A DNA stretch of 45,781 nucleotides, from positions 19,690 through 65,470 of the forward strand of contig CAYZPG010000001.1 in the NCBI GenBank assembly GCA_964480605.1, written 5' to 3'. The DNA is from an uncultured Candidatus Saccharibacteria bacterium (GTDB taxonomy: Bacteria; Patescibacteriota; UBA1384; JACPKC01). The position numbers were made by a program, and so were the translations under genes. Shown piece after piece: positions 44,628 to 45,781 of the stretch. Under the pieces are notes generated by a model, which did not search any database, was not told where the DNA came from, and worked only from the letters and a program-made list of their open reading frames with translations. How positions within the stretch are numbered: position 1 is the first letter of the stretch; each line of letters begins with the position of its first letter.

Positions 44628-45494
44628 ATGAAAATGAATTTCATCGCGGCTCGGAACCGCCTGCGGGTGTTGGCTGCTATCGCAGCTGTCGTCCTCATGA
44701 GCGGCGCGGGCTCTGCGTGGGCTGATGTTGATGTCTCTGGTGAAAATAACACCACCGGCAGCAACTCAACCAATGACAATACCTACGATATCACCGACGA
44801 CGTTGATCTTGACATCGACAATGATTCGGATGTTGACAATGACGCAAACGTCACTGTCGATACCGGCAACAACGATGTCCTCGACAACACCACCGTTGAA
44901 GATATCATGGGTGGCGACATTGATGTCCAAGGTGAGTTTGTAAACGAACTCAACAGTGACGATATGGATCTCAGCATGACCTCATTTGGTGATGTGTCTG
45001 CTGATTTCACCAACGACACGACGGGTTCGGGCTCAGACAACACCAACGACCTCAACGTCGATCGTACCCTTGACGTAGATGTCGATAACGATGCTGATAT
45101 CGACAACGATATCACTGCCGACCTGAACTCAGGTGGCAACGCTGTCCGCGACAACACCACCGTTGGTGATGTTGAGACGGGCGACATCGAGTTCGATGTC
45201 AACGTTGAGAACATGGCCAACCAGAACGGTTCGCTTGAGCTCCCAGATTTTGGTTCGATGGACGTCGACGGTGATTTCACCAACGACACCACCGGTTCGA
45301 ACTCGAGCAACAGCAACACCGTGAACGTTAGCCACGACGTCGATGTCGACGTCGACAATGACGCCGATGTTGACAACAACCTCGACGTCACGGGTGACTC
45401 CGGCAACAACGATGTCCGCCGCAACACAACTGTTGGTGACATCTCGACCGGCAGCCAGTCGTACAACTTCACCTTCACCAACATCCTCAACTAA
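44628..45494 (+). CDS. Secreted, extremely Asp-rich paralog (3 modules) of the preceding repeat protein
   Basis: AGAGGA RBS and a signal peptide ending AWA. Three modules have TNDTTGS-x-S...NTTV(G/E)D-x-x-(T/G)G. By my count, 56 Asp in about 256 mature residues, and I saw no Lys. Confidence 0.75.
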   Translation: MKMNFIAARNRLRVLAAIAAVVLMSGAGSAWADVDVSGENNTTGSNSTNDNTYDITDDVDLDIDNDSDVDNDANVTVDTGNNDVLDNTTVEDIMGGDIDVQGEFVNELNSDDMDLSMTSFGDVSADFTNDTTGSGSDNTNDLNVDRTLDVDVDNDADIDNDITADLNSGGNAVRDNTTVGDVETGDIEFDVNVENMANQNGSLELPDFGSMDVDGDFTNDTTGSNSSNSNTVNVSHDVDVDVDNDADVDNNLDVTGDSGNNDVRRNTTVGDISTGSQSYNFTFTNILN

Positions 45495-45584
45495 CTGTTG
45501 ACGGACGTTGGATGGTGATGCGGGTGCGAGGAAGGCAACTTCCTCCACCCCACCAGCATCCAAAGCGGAGGGAGTAAGCGGTTT

Positions 45585-45781
45585 ATGAAGACACCAACTC
45601 TCATCAAACAACTTGGCGCAACTTGGCTCATCGTTGGCTTGTTAGCGCTCGAGGTGCTGACACCAGTCTCTTCAATTCTGGCGGCCGGTCCGACTGGCCC
45701 AACGGGTCCTCAAGGCCCCACTGGCGTTCAGACCCCAACCGGTCCGCAAGGACCAACGGGTCCGATTGGTCCAACCGGACC
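45585..45781 (+). CDS. Secreted collagen-like (Gly-X-Y) repeat protein, 3' end outside window
   Basis: GGAGGGAG RBS. Signal/TM segment [25 protein letters not shown]..., then [13 protein letters not shown]...[13 protein letters not shown] triplets running off the window. Confidence 0.75.
   Translation, partial: MKTPTLIKQLGATWLIVGLLALEVLTPVSSILAAGPTGPTGPQGPTGVQTPTGPQGPTGPIGPTG

Overview
GC-rich, very tightly packed bacterial chromosomal segment. It holds about 55 protein genes, roughly 45 on the minus strand, many overlapping by 1-29 nt. I saw no rRNA, tRNA, CRISPR array, transposase or reverse transcriptase by eye. Content is housekeeping plus monoderm-type envelope functions. Housekeeping and repair genes: PEBP/YbhB, thioredoxin, class II RNR NrdJ with NrdR, FtsA/FtsZ, YbeY, YqeY, bS21, HIT, RarA, LexA, DinB, a Mu Gam-like protein, SpoU methyltransferase, HisRS, a short Rel/SpoT, ClpC, NusA, cyclophilin, a PolB-exo-like nuclease and XseAB. 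Envelope genes: DUF1003, an SLT-like transglycosylase, two GT4 glycosyltransferases, DUF3048, a bactofilin-like membrane protein, a CHAP hydrolase, LytR_C, TagA/WecG, DUF2207, MreB, MurA, a PEGA protein, a sortase, and a terminal cluster of secreted repeat proteins including a collagen-like one. Compaction and gene content resemble a reduced-genome Gram-positive-type lineage, possibly Patescibacteria/CPR (inference only). Most noteworthy observations: (1) An identical 13-mer, CGAACAAAGACCG, fills the promoter spacer of lexA, dinB and rarA. It is a candidate non-palindromic LexA operator on apparently leaderless promoters. A stand-alone Mu Gam-like end-binding gene lies next to dinB-lexA. (2) Two cell-wall hydrolase genes each have consensus promoters followed by long structured leaders, and the CHAP gene has two tandem consensus promoters plus an intrinsic terminator before its RBS. 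(3) A locus of sortase, PEGA and three consecutive secreted repeat proteins built from a shared module I do not recognise, one paralog being extremely Asp-rich. (4) A 186-aa protein made of 16 uninterrupted 11-residue repeats. No single complete, clearly novel multi-gene system can be proven from sequence alone, so the claims are graded accordingly.
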